From the NCBI GenBank assembly GCA_002633005.1, contig NMRA01000358.1, positions 124,001-188,000 on the forward strand: a stretch of DNA of 64,000 nucleotides, in the 5' to 3' direction. Source of the stretch: Phoronis australis. Its lineage: Eukaryota > Animalia > Phoronida. The position numbers were made by a program, and so were the translations under genes. Positions 13,201-24,700 of the stretch are shown here, piece by piece (positions within the stretch are counted from its first letter, which is position 1; each line of letters starts with the position of its first letter). The notes under the pieces are model-generated. The model made no database searches. It worked only from the letters and a program-made list of their open reading frames with translations, and was not told where the DNA came from.

Positions 13201-13918
13201 TGCAAAAGAGCAGCAGTAGGTCATACTAGGAATGGAACTATTTGAGAATGTATATTTTGTTCACCGAGTTTCCTGTCTTCCGACCCCTTTGTCAAGTTTG
13301 TCCCCTATCCATCCCAGAATGCATTGCATCCATGACGTGGTGGAAAAATGGACTATAATGCCTTCTCAGTGTGGTATTATTGTCGTAGAATGTGTTAATC
13401 GTATTTTAGCATTATTTTGATTTAGTCATCAAATTACACAACTTTTGCTTGTTATTTACTGTCACTTTCTCAGAGAAGGGTATTTTTAATGCTTCCTATT
13501 CCTAGAACTGTTTGTGACCGTGGCGCATCCCTTGTACATATTGTTTGATTGGTTAATTCTTGTATCTCTAGTCATTATATGTATTCCATTAATTTGTGTC
13601 TTATACTTAAAAGTAGTTGTTTTACCACACTGATAGTTGCCTCTGCGTACATAGCTGAACTGCATTTTCCGTGTATGACAGAATTATCTGGGAACTGACT
13701 ACTAAATTATTCACTTCTGAGGTGCTGACTGACTTGCTATTTGTTTTCAGATTTTATCTCAAATGAAGAAGGAACTTAGAAAGAAAATGGAGAAAGAAAT
13801 ACGCGACTTTCAGCAGCAGATGCAGAGAGATGAAGATGATGAGTACTTTAGACAGTTAGATGCGGACCGTGTGAAGGAGCGTCTACAGATGGCGCAGTAT
13901 GCAACATCAAGAATGTAG
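985..13918 (+). CDS. CEP95: Centrosomal protein of 95 kDa-like (CEP95/CCDC45), 5'-partial gene. join(985-1219,2705-2894,3354-3543,4037-4125,4473-4628,5317-5476,5882-6038,6166-6273,6827-6993,8346-8420,8791-8943,10833-10966,12216-12300,13751-13918), 688 aa in this window
   Basis: All 14 exons join in phase at GT-AG sites. The C-terminal exons read ILPFMLEEFPFLHLS..LEEAQKRQEILM..ARSRRYYDEYQV..RTKEEMIFKRLFKEG..SLENYYRDQFSM..KKELRKKMEKEIRDFQ..DDEYFRQLDA, which matches the CEP95 C-terminal coiled coil as I recall it. The upstream low-complexity exons are supported only by splice sites and frame. Confidence 0.85.
2705..2894 (+). CDS. CEP95: CEP95 exon
   Basis: tcctgtctAG acceptor, AG|GTATAC donor, in phase. 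Confidence 0.7.
3354..3543 (+). CDS. CEP95: CEP95 exon containing a 3x27-nt coding repeat
   Basis: cacAG acceptor, CAG|GTGAAC donor; LQGPGTSRT/LKGPGTSQP/LQGPVTSRM. Confidence 0.7.
3648..3810. other. Assembly gap
   Basis: Run of N. Confidence 0.99.
4037..4125 (+). CDS. CEP95: CEP95 exon
   Basis: tttttcAG acceptor, CG|GTGAGT donor. Confidence 0.7.
4473..4628 (+). CDS. CEP95: CEP95 exon
   Basis: gcttcAG acceptor, AG|GTAAGT donor. Confidence 0.7.
5317..5476 (+). CDS. CEP95: CEP95 exon
   Basis: gtttAG acceptor, AGG|GTGGGT donor. Confidence 0.7.
5882..6038 (+). CDS. CEP95: CEP95 exon
   Basis: ttgcAG acceptor, G|GTATGT donor. Confidence 0.75.
6166..6273 (+). CDS. CEP95: CEP95 exon
   Basis: polyT-gttAG acceptor, A|GTAAGT donor. 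Confidence 0.75.
6827..6993 (+). CDS. CEP95: CEP95 exon (KEDEDILPFMLEEFPF)
   Basis: ttgcAG acceptor, GAG|GTGGGT donor; conserved motif. Confidence 0.85.
8346..8420 (+). CDS. CEP95: CEP95 exon (LEEAQKRQEILMAIMKKDLTHTQRL)
   Basis: tttcAG acceptor, TTG|GTAAGT donor. Confidence 0.85.
8460..8800 (+). repeat. Minisatellite abutting the CEP95 acceptor at 8791
   Basis: Repeated gtctagtcactgcttgtgt...agcaagagagtaa...ctttaatgcagcaagag units. Confidence 0.75.
8791..8943 (+). CDS. CEP95: CEP95 exon
   Basis: ttttcAG acceptor, ATG|GTAAGT donor; ARSRRYYDEY motif. Confidence 0.88.
9085..10223. mobile_element. MITE-like non-autonomous DNA transposon in a CEP95 intron
   Basis: Inverted repeat tgacgtcaccggaagtagggcaaaatc (9119-9145) versus gattttgccctactttcggtgacgtca (10167-10193), 26/27 match, with weaker similarity extending outward; no ORF. 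Confidence 0.7.
10833..10966 (+). CDS. CEP95: CEP95 exon
   Basis: ctttcAG acceptor, TA|GTATCCTTT (U12) donor. Confidence 0.88.
10967..12215 (+). other. U12-type (minor spliceosome) GT-AG intron in CEP95
   Basis: 5' splice site GTATCCTTT; branch site TTCTTAAC at 12197-12204, 11 nt before the intron end; no polypyrimidine tract; splits the conserved ENY|Y motif in phase. Confidence 0.9.
11140..11270. repeat. Short degenerate tandem repeat (ccatgtcattctgggtgtgact)
   Basis: About 5-6 imperfect copies visible. Confidence 0.55.
12216..12300 (+). CDS. CEP95: CEP95 exon (YRDQFSMVAESLAREK)
   Basis: ttcAG acceptor, AAG|GTAAAC donor. Confidence 0.88.
13751..13918 (+). CDS. CEP95: CEP95 terminal coding exon
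   Basis: ttttcAG acceptor; ILSQMKKELRKKMEKEI..., TAG stop at 13916-13918. Confidence 0.88.
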   Translation: MLSQMKKELRKKMEKEIRDFQQQMQRDEDDEYFRQLDADRVKERLQMAQYATSRM

Positions 13919-14902
13919 AAGTCAAACATTAGGTCATGACAAATGTCTGGGTAGTGTTAAAGTAGGTTGCACCGTTCGTGTAATGCATAACCATCCAAAA
14001 TAATGGGAAAGGATCAGGTGGAGCTGTGCGTTACTTTCAGTCATATCAGTGAGATGAACCAAAGTATAGTTTTGAGATATTTTGGGAACACCCTGTAGTT
14101 TGAGACAGTAATTCAGGACCAGTCTGTATTTCTGGACTGCAGTGCAATTGAGACGGTATCTGACCAACACCCTGTAGTTAACGACACAACAATGCTCAAT
14201 ATGCTGTTTTTACTGCATACTCGAGTGCTCAAAGAACGAATAAATGACTGATGCAGAATGTAGACTCAGGACTGTCCCCAATGTTGTGGTGCTGACTAAG
14301 TAATTGAGTGTGTTCATATCTCTTCACATCAACACTTTTTACGAATAAACTGCTGAAAAGTTCAAAATGACACATGTCAAGACGGGTTAAAATAAATAAC
14401 AAGCGAAACACTTTGAAATCTGGTAAAAGTACCTATTAAAAACACAACTTGATGAAGAGCTGCTCGAAAGTTTGTGTTTTGTTATAAATATCTTTTGGAT
14501 TTTAAAATGTTCCTTCTCGTTTCTACGTTGTCCTAAAATGGTTGGTCGGGGATTCTTAATGATGCGTCCTCAATGTTTGGGTGACCTTCTTAACCACACT
14601 TAACTTGTAAATCCTAGCTATGAGTTGATTGCAGTGGGGAGTGTTGTACAGTGTATCCGTCAAAACTAGCAAATTATTGTCCATATGTGTACAGGATTAT
14701 TCACGCTTTGTTCAGTGTTGTCAACAAACCAGTTGTCCATTCGTTTGTTAACCTTCAGACAACTTAATAATTAGTGTGTGTTGACACTACGTGGCCAGTC
14801 ACATTCTTTTGCAAAACTTATGCCATGGTGAAGATGTTGATAAGCACAGCTTGACCAAATCGCATCAGTACTATTTGTTTCATATTCATGTATATTTGTC
14901 AA

Positions 14903-14908
14903 AATAAA
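14903..14908 (+). terminator. Candidate CEP95 polyadenylation signal (AATAAA)
   Basis: AATAAA at the end of the putative 3'UTR; other AATAAA hexamers occur near 14344 and 14390. Confidence 0.4.
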
Positions 14909-14981
14909 CAATTTGTCTGATAATTTATTCAAAAACTGAAATCGCAAATTAAATTCCGAATGTTTTTAAATCAAAAAACAC

Positions 14982-14987
14982 TTTATT
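14982..14987 (-). terminator. Candidate PFK distal polyadenylation signal
   Basis: TTTATT on the + strand (AATAAA on -), followed on the - strand by a GT/T-rich tract; marks a compositional switch. Confidence 0.45.
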
Positions 14988-15589
14988 TCTGCACAACCAC
15001 ACAATTTACAATCAGCATAATTCTACAGAGTTTACTTTCCAAATGCTCTAAGGAAATAACAAAATTCAAACTTACAGTTAATCAAACTATGAGAGTAAAC
15101 ATGCTTAGTTTAGTATCTAATAAAGAAAAAAATGGTTTTAGAAACCTAATCCAATAAATATTAAATAAAATCAATTCTCTACAGTTAAGATTATCACAGT
15201 GCACCACAACAATTACGCAATCTACTTGGCATGATGTGAGATGTTATGTGGCTTAAAAGTAAAGGGACTGTTAAGTCTTGCCACTGACCATGTCTTGGTC
15301 ATTGATGACCGATGACTGATAACCACCGTCTCTGCTGTACTTGTAGTGCCCTAAAGGAAAGTTGGCCAATACTGGTGATTGGCACAAAACTTGGCTTTAG
15401 CTTGTCACAGACCAAGAGTTGTGAGCTCAGTTCACTGCCTCAAACACATTGTGATAATTTTCCCTCCCACAGCATTGTGGTGAATTGTTCAATTTCGCAC
15501 ATCACAAGCCCAATTCGTGAGGTGAGGTGCCAAAATGCTTGATCTGCTGTTTAGCTTTCATGGCCAATAAAATTTAACATTCACTTAAG

Positions 15590-15750
15590 CGACATCACCT
15601 TGTAGAGGAGTTCCTCTTATGAACATGGAACATAGTAAAATGTATAATTATAATGACACACCTTTCAGAAGTGCTTCTCTTATGAACATGGAACACAGCA
15701 GAATACATCATAATGGCACCTTCCAGGAGGTTCCATTATGAACACCAAAT
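15590..15750. repeat. 3-copy tandem repeat (about 60 bp) in the putative PFK 3'UTR
   Basis: cacctt..agagg..ttcctcttatgaacatggaaca repeated. Confidence 0.55.
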
Positions 15751-17254
15751 GCATTAACATATTAAACTACATGATTTGCCCTCTATAATTCATGGAGTGA
15801 AATTAAGACAAGAAAGGAATAAACACGACCAACTGATGTTTCATTGACCACACTAACTTGGTACATTCTTTTTTTTACTTCAGGCAGTGAGCTGAGCTTG
15901 TGTCTCTGAAGCTTTCAACTAGATCGCTGTCTATTTTAATTGAAACAGCCAAAGTTGCTAAGATCTGGTTACAGTGAGGAAAAACAGAAAATTCGAGCCC
16001 CCTTGCCAACTGATAGAAAATAACTTTGATCACATCATAGATTAATCACAACCGCAGATCATTTGACAGACATCCATCCAGTGTTTTTGGTAAATTAGAC
16101 AACACGTGTAGACAAATGACCAAAACATTCATGTGTCACATGTCCCCACATGCATAATATCACTGATTGAAAACAAAAATATACACTAGTCACCTACAAA
16201 ATGAGTACTAAATGAAGGCAAACCACAGGCTACTTTGCTCAACTCACCATCCTCAGCAACCTTGCTACATTTGTGGAAGCCATTGGACTACATATTTTTA
16301 AATGCTAAGGCACTTAAAGCTACCAACGTATGGCAATTTAAAGTCTACATCAACACATAAAAACTTATGAACCTTTAGCACATGGTTTCAGTTGTTAAGG
16401 AAATGTTACTGGACAGGTTATTGTCACCATTTTTCCAATCAATTTTCAAAAATTGCACAAGGAATAACCTTTGTTTCTTAACAGAAGGAACAAATAACCT
16501 GTTGTTCACTGAGAGTATTCTCCACACAATTTTCCTATAGTGACACAAGGACGGCTGTGGGAACAGAACAAAATGGCCGCTGTATTAGTGGAGTGACTAA
16601 AGACTAAGAAGAATAACTGCACTCTTTACTATTGCCAGAATCTGCTAGAAGGGATTCATTATCCATTGGTAGTATTTTATTGAAGATTGACCCAATGAAA
16701 TTCAGTGTTCCCCAGAGTCCAATTTTCATCCACAGCTCTTTGCAACACATTTTGGGTTTGGAAGAGGTAACTAGTCAGCATAGTGACTTAGAATTTTGCA
16801 AATCATGAGTATCATTCACACACAATACGCCTTTCAAAATTGACATGCAAGGGCGGTGAAATAAGTTCTTTATGAACCCTGCTCTTCACCATGCATCTGT
16901 TCCAGTGGACCTGCATAGGTGAACCCAGCTTAACAAAGGGTTTATGGTCCTGTCTGAGATGATTATTGTTTTATTACCCCCTAAGGGTTTTGAATAGCCA
17001 AGGCGGTGATACAGTTTTTGAATCAGTGCAAACATATCGAGTTACGCAAAGATTTATTAAATGTGTATGCTGTTAAGTGGCCAGTGTTGTGAAAAGGTCT
17101 TCGAACAACTTGAAAGCAAAGTTTTACGTAGAAGCGAATGGGAATGAGTAGGAATTGAAGGCAAAGTGAGGACTTTATGCAGGCTGATGAGTTATGCAAT
17201 GACGAGTTAAGCAAGGTCACTCGTACAACAGTGACCAGGAGTTCCAGGTGTGAA

Positions 17255-17465
17255 CATTAAGTGGGGTACGAAACACACTTCAGCAACAGATTAGGAAATA
17301 TTCCTCAACACTAGGTGGGGTATGAAACACTCTCCAACAACAGAGTAGGGGTCTGAAAACTAGGTGGGGGACGAAACACTCTCCAACAGGAGAATAGAGA
17401 TTTTAAACATTCCTCAATACTAGGTCGAGTATGAAACACATTTCAGCAGCAGATCAGGTGGGGTG
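17255..17465. repeat. Degenerate tandem repeat in the putative PFK 3'UTR
   Basis: ctaggtggggtatgaaacactctccaaca repeated about 4 times. Confidence 0.6.
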
Positions 17466-18644
17466 GTTACAGAACACAGCCTGCACAGTCTGATAATTAT
17501 CTACAACTCTCATGAATTGTGTAGACAGTTGTTATGAAACAATAGTTAGGATCAGATGTATAAGGTTTGTTGCTTTCAGATGGTGATCTCAAGCCAATCA
17601 CAGTGCATCATTTTTGACACATGACCAAATGAAATTACCTGAACTGATCATGTGATATGTTAACAACACAACGCACTGAGGTGATCCATGACTGCTCCCA
17701 CTCAGAATGCGTCTCTTTGGAAATGGCACCAATCTTATATAAAGTGTTACAAGATAATATCACTGTGTAGGCGGTGGTCATTTGCTATATATAATGACTG
17801 GGTGGTGAAGCCAGAGCTAAGGACGGCCATTTGTGCATGAACTTGTCACATCAGTATAGTGTGCGCACAAGTTGCCGCTGTCAGATGTGTGCAAATCAAA
17901 TAAAACAAGAGCTGTGAACATAAAGCTGAAACATCAAAAGTAATGAAACCTCATATCAATATTATATTAAGGAATGAAACCTCGTATCAATATTGTATTA
18001 AGATGCAAAATAGATAATTTACAATAAAAACATCTCTTAAAGTCAGACATTATCGACAAGTCAGCACTAAGCGAAATATTTACAATTTACTGTAAGATTT
18101 TAGGATAGTAAAGAGAATATTTGACAGTATAAAGCCTGTAGAATTAATTTTTTTGACTTAATACCAATCTGCCATTAATTGGGTCACATGACCAGTGTAG
18201 TATAATTTTAGTATAATTTAGCAAAAACAAGAGATACATTCATAGCAAAACAATGGTATCAACAAACCGAATTTCTTTTTATATATAAATTATCAAGACA
18301 AAATCTCAAAAAAGATAAGTTTTTTTCTAAATTATCATTTTGCTTAATGCAACTTGTCATTTTTTCATAAAAATCATGCAAGTGCTATTTTGATAGCCCC
18401 TCTTGCAAGAGTGAGTCACTCGAAGAACAGTGCATAAAGCACAGTATCTAAAATTTTCCTTTGAATCCGACTGGCCATTTTTGAGACGTGATGTTCTGAA
18501 CTTGGCCAAATTTGGACATTGTTCTACATAATCTTAATACAATACCTATACACTAGGTGTCACCTCTTTTAATATTCCATGTCTCATTAAGTGACATAGG
18601 AAAAGCAGTCCTCTTCCTGTCAGTGACCTATTGCTCATCAAGCT

Positions 18645-18798
18645 CTATTCCTGTGTGTAGTCAGTCATGTCGTCAATAAAGTCTTCGACAATCTCCTCTT
18701 CAAACACTCCTTCTGAGTGGTACTCTCCCTCATGTTTGGCCAAGATTCTCAACAGAGGGCGCAGCTTCAGCCACCATTCCTCTTTTGGGATTTTGTTA
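18645..18798 (-). CDS. PFK: PFK exon 18 (terminal)
   Basis: [21 protein letters not shown]..., TAG stop at 18647-18645. Confidence 0.93.
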
Positions 18799-21700
18799 CT
18801 AAAAATAAATTATAATAAAACAGGTCACAGTGTTTTGATTGTATTTATCGAATGTAGTCACTAAGTAGTATTGTGCTGAGGAACGTACAGATAGTTAATG
18901 ATTCAAGTCAACAAACTGCAATACCGCAGTAAACTGGATAGCGGATTGAAACAAAGAAAGAACACAATGACTGCAAATGAAATGATAGCATGAGCTACAG
19001 TAATTGTTATGTTTCCAACACTCTCACTTGTAAACAAATTATGGTAAAAGGTAAAACAGCAAGTAATGACATGCGTAAACTGTAAGGTAGAGTATATGCC
19101 AAAAGTAATCAAACAAAATGATCCATTAACCCCGCCATGATAGCTGAGAGCAAGACAAGTAAACTTGCCTTTTGTGACAGTTGACTGAAACTGAATTGAT
19201 CATCCAAGTACTGTCTGTCATGACATGGAACAAGATGGAATTTACTAGAAAAAGTGGAAAAGTCATTTCATTTTTCCTACAGTTGGGACCTATAGACAGA
19301 TCGGTTGATATCTAATATGCAGCATGCTGTGGACAAGGAATAATATCATATGCACATGATGTTGTTCTATTTACAATAATTTTGCAACTGAATTTTATGT
19401 AAACAAGCATAAGCATTGATAGGGCTTAAACGTTGGGACATGTGCTATTGAGCACTTGAGATTTTGACCGATCCAAAGACGGTAAAGTTTTCACTTCTTT
19501 CACCACAACATTAGAAAACAAGGAGGATAATTCAGTAGTTCAGTATAATTATGACACTTAAACTAAACGTCAGCGTGCTGCACATAACATTGTGGCAGCT
19601 TCAGAAGATTGCAAGCCTGTTAACAAGTCATGGCCGTTCTTTTCAGAAGGAATGAACCATTAGAACAGGGAAAATATATTTTGTCTGTTTTCNGAAAAGT
19701 CATTTCATTTTTCCTACAGTTGGGACTTATAGACAGATCAGTTGATATCTAATATGCAGCATGCTGTGGACAAGGAATGACCTATCATATGCACATGATG
19801 TTCTGTTTACAATAATTTTGCAACTGAATTTTATGTAAACAAGCATAAGCATTGATAGGGCTTAAACGTTGGGACATGTGCTATTGAGCACTTGAGATTT
19901 TGACCGATCCAAAGACGGTAAAGTTTTCACTTCTTTCACCACAACATTAGAAAACAAGGGGGATAATTCAGTAGTTCAGTATATGACACTTAAACTAAAC
20001 GTACATACATCGGTCAGCGTGCTGCACATCACATTGTGGCAGCTTCAGAAGATTGCAAGCCTGTTAACAAGTCATGACCGTTCTTTTCAGAAGGAATGGA
20101 CCATTAAAACAGGGAAAATATATAAATTATTTTGTCTGTTTTCTTTTGGCTCATACTGTACAGTAGCAGAGTACATAAAAAGTGATTAGTGGGGCTGACT
20201 CACACAAAGTCCGTTTCCTTCTTGAGTGAAGTCACTGATGTGCAGACCATCTGTCTGCCGTGTACACCCAATACTGTGGCTGTGTCCTCTCCTGTACACT
20301 GTACGCTACCTGTAAAACAGCAGGAATGTACTACCTGTAACACAGTAGTCATATGTTTACCTGTAACATAATATACTACCTTCAACACAGCAGCCATGTG
20401 CTACCTGTAACACACTAGATACTGACACCTAAGGTCAGGTAGCTCTATTGGAAGAGATGGAAGAAGGATTCAACTGTTGGATTAGATGTACTCTATAGAC
20501 AAAAACCCCTAAGTTACACTATTAAGACCAATTTTTTCATTAACAAAATTTACCATAAGACTGGGCAAAATTAATAACATTCCAGACTGGGTACACGACA
20601 TAAAACTTACCATCAGGATGGGTACAGGTCATAACACTTACCATCAGGATGGATAAAGGTCATAACATTTAACATCAAACTCGGTACAACTCGCAACGCT
20701 TACCATCAGGTTGTTTATAAGTCATGACACTCTCAGCTAACAGAGCCATGGCTTTCATTCCTAACTTGGTACCCATAATCCTGTCAAACGGCGATGCTGA
20801 ACCTCCCTGAAAGAGAAAATGAGTCAATACACAAACAGTGGAATTAACAAAATTGTTACAACTGATTCAATTACAACATTTTATTTGTACTTGAAATGCC
20901 ATATTCTACTTGACAGAGTTTAATACGTGCATAACAGCAGGTGCTTTTAATTATTTTCACCAAAAGATAACAATACGGTAAAATCTCACCAACTTCAAAA
21001 AAAAATTGCTGCAAAAATTGCACTTTTGCATTTCTGAAGATTGTATAACATTGCTGTGGATGCCCACAATTTTTCAAAATATTGCTGTTGGTAGTTATGG
21101 TGCAGACCTTGTATACAGCAAAGCATCATTTTGGTACTACATATCATTTACAAAAAAGAAAATAAAATTTCTCCTTTCTGCCATATTTGGTCCTAAAGTG
21201 GTGAGAATTTACCATAATTACACACCTGAGAATCCTTAAAGGCAGAAATCCTAACATATAACTTAAATTTGTATACCAGACCAATACCTGTATAGCCTGG
21301 TAAAAACTAATGAAATAAGCACAAATGTATTAACCTGCTGAAGATGACCCAAGATATTCTTCCGACACGTAAATACTCCCTTGCCCTCTTCACCAAACAA
21401 CTGATAGATGAACTCAGTCGTGTAGTTGGCATTAGCATTCTCATTTCTGGATTGATAATAGAACATCATTAGTCAACACGATCATTTGATACAGCTGATA
21501 ACAGAGTGACTGGATGTACACATCATTTATTGTGTTGAACGTTGGTATTATACCATTTTCAATCTATTAATAGCATCATGTAACTCCGCGCACCCCATTG
21601 TACTAAAATGACATGCAGCTCAGCATATCTCACTGATGGAATTGACCTATGACATGTAGCTCAGCACATCTCACTGACTGCATTGACCTATGACATGCAG

Positions 21701-24700
21701 CTCAGCACATCTCACTGATGGAATTGGCCTATGACAGGCAGCTCAATACATCTCACTGACTGCATTGACTTATGGCATGCAGCTCAGCACATCTCACTAA
21801 CTGCATTGACCTATGACATGCAGCTCAGCACATCTCACTGACTGTATTGATCTATGACATGCAGCTCAACACATCTCACTAACTGCATTACTGCACTTAT
21901 GACATGTAGCTCAGTACATGTCACACAGACTGTATCAGTGCATTACGACATGTAGCTGAGCACTTCTCATTGGTTATATTTTCTTACTAAACTGCATTTT
22001 ATTTTTTTATGAAAATTACTCTGATTTACTGTTATGCAAATGCTTAATAAGTACAAGGAATTATCTCCCTCGCTACCATCCATGCATAATAGGGGTACCC
22101 CAACATGAAGCTAGTGGAACTCAGACCCTGACAAATAAAGATGCATCTCTACTTTGATGGTTATTGTCCTCTCCACAACATAAAGTGGATGTAAGAGCCA
22201 AGACCTAACATGTGATTTGACAGTGAGGCACACTAAAGAATAAATTGCCACTAGGTGGAGCAGCCAGCTTCTGCTAAACTCTGTTGAATTGGGGACATCT
22301 GTATTTCTGGAACCAAAACTCATCAAGTCCAAAAGACCAACCATCAGGTCATAAATGTATGTTATTGGAACTGCCATAATTACCACTTTAGTTGGTTCAT
22401 GGAATACAAATAGGACAAATTCACACAATAATTGTTCATGAAACACATTCATGAATACTTAATTCATGAAATACAAATGTCGTGAAATCATGGCCTAGTT
22501 CATGAACTCAATCTTGGAGTTGGTTGACTAATTGTCTCATTAATATTTAATGAACGGTCATGAAACATTTCAACAGCGTACAGTCTTGCATTGAAAGGGA
22601 GTAATGGCACGACTATATGGTGTTCACAACTATCTTACCTCAGCAACAAACCTCTTTGAATTTTACCATTCGCAATTTTTGCTTTCATAACCTCAAAGTC
22701 TTTCTGAAATGTATAAAAAATGTCAATAAAGTGACTACTTTACACAGCACCCTAATTGCATCATACGCAAGTGACAGTACATCAGAGGAAGACAAGATAC
22801 ATTTATCCCTTGTAAAGGGCAGATACTCACTTAAAGTCTATACCAAAGCTGCTCGTAAAATGTAGGGTGAAAGTTTTAGATACTGAATCTATCTGGCACA
22901 AGCGTGAGGTCAGAGAATCCGTACAGATCACCATAGACGGCTCCTGAGCCTCAACAGGGTAGCTTTTGATTGCCTAGAGTCTACCAGCATCTATTCAGCC
23001 CACTTAACCCTGGGAGATGCTTTGGACCGGTGCACATGACACCTAGTGTCAGCAATCAGAGTGAACAAGATGGCGGACGGTCATCGAAAGGCTCTCAGTA
23101 ACGGGCTTCCATCTTACAAAACAAGAGCAACGCAGAGGCGTTGAAATGCGCCCACAATTGCACCGTATAGGGTATCCTTCCAGGGTTGTTTATTGGTACC
23201 ATAAAGTGGCCAGTAGAGGGCATATATGTAGTATGTTGTACTTTTCAAAATGGAAGACCTATGAAAATACAGAGGTCAATGTAAAATACTAAAATTGCCA
23301 CTAGAGGCATACCGGTAGTCAGAAACATCCTAAAGTCGTCACCGTCCGTTGTCAACATCACATAAATACACTTGCTAAATTTAGTAAAGATCCTGCAAAT
23401 GGTTTGGGAGATACAGCCATGGGTGCAAAAAAAACTGCCACTAGGAGGCACCACAGTAATCAAAGTCATGGGAAATTCAGCGTCAACCGTCCTCTTCATA
23501 GTAAGAACATACATGCCTATTTTCACAATCGTACTTAGAGCGGTTTGGTTAATAGAGGGGTGGACGCCAAAAAACAGACTCAAAAACAGTAAAAATGGCC
23601 ACTGGGTGTCGCAAACTAGGTCGAATCCATCCGAAAATGGGAGGATAGCATCATCGCACTAATAGGTGCCTACATACCAAATTTCATGAAAATCCGTTAA
23701 GGACTTGTGAAGATACACTGAGGTAAACGTAAAAAAATAAAGTTGCCACTAGGGGGCACACTGGTAGGCGGATCCGTCCAAAAGTTGTCATCGTCTGTTA
23801 TTAACACCATACAAATACACTTATTAAATTTCGTAAAGATCCTGCAAACGGCTTAGGAGATACAGCACAGGCGCAAAAAAAGAACAAAACTGCCACTAGG
23901 AGGTGCCACAGTAGTCCAAATCGTCTGAAAATCATTGTCAGCTGTCTTCTTTATAGTAAGCACATACATGCCAATTTTCACAATCATCCTTTGAGCGGTT
24001 TGCTTGATAGAGGGGTGGATGCAAAAATACAGACTCGAAAACAGTAAAAATGGCCACTAGGTGGCGCAAACTATGTTGAATCCATCCGAAAACGGGTGGA
24101 TAGCGTCATCTCACTAATAGGTGCGTACATATTAAATTTCATGAATATTCCGTTAAGGACTTTTGAAGATACAAAGGTAAACGTAAAAAAATAAAATTGC
24201 CACTAGGGGGCACACTGGTAGTCGGATCCGTCCAAAAGTCGTCATCTTCAGTTGTTAACATCATATAAATATAATTACACAATTTCGTAACGATCCTGCG
24301 AACAGTTTAGGAGATACAGCCATAGGCGCAAAAAAAAACTGCCACTAGGAGGCGCCACAGTAGTCGAAATCATCGGAAAATCATCGTCAACCGTCCTCTA
24401 CATAGTAAGCATATACATGCCAATTTTCACAATCATCCTTTGAGCGGTTTGGTTGATAGAGGGGTGGACGCACAAAAACAGACTCGAAAACACTAAAAAT
24501 GGCCACTAGGTGGCGCAAACTATGTTGAATCCATCTGAAAACGGGAGGATAGCGTCATCTCACTAATAGGTGCCTACATACCAAATTTCATGAAAATCCG
24601 TTCAGGACTTTTGAAGACACAAATGTAAGCGTAAAAAACTAAAATTGCCACTAGGGGGCACACCGGTAGTCGGATCCGTCTGAAAGTTTGCACATGAAGT

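Noticed and set aside
17184-17207. CTGATGA-stem hammerhead candidate
   Set aside because: It is followed by GAGT rather than GAAA, and no stems I or III are present.
18546-18647. Stop-codon readthrough extension of PFK (32 open codons after TAG)
   Set aside because: The TAG-A context is not a leaky-stop motif and there is no targeting signal; an open stretch of this length is expected by chance.
19255-20140. Biological tandem duplication
   Set aside because: The copies are near-identical and joined exactly at a single N, typical of unmerged contig or haplotype overlap.
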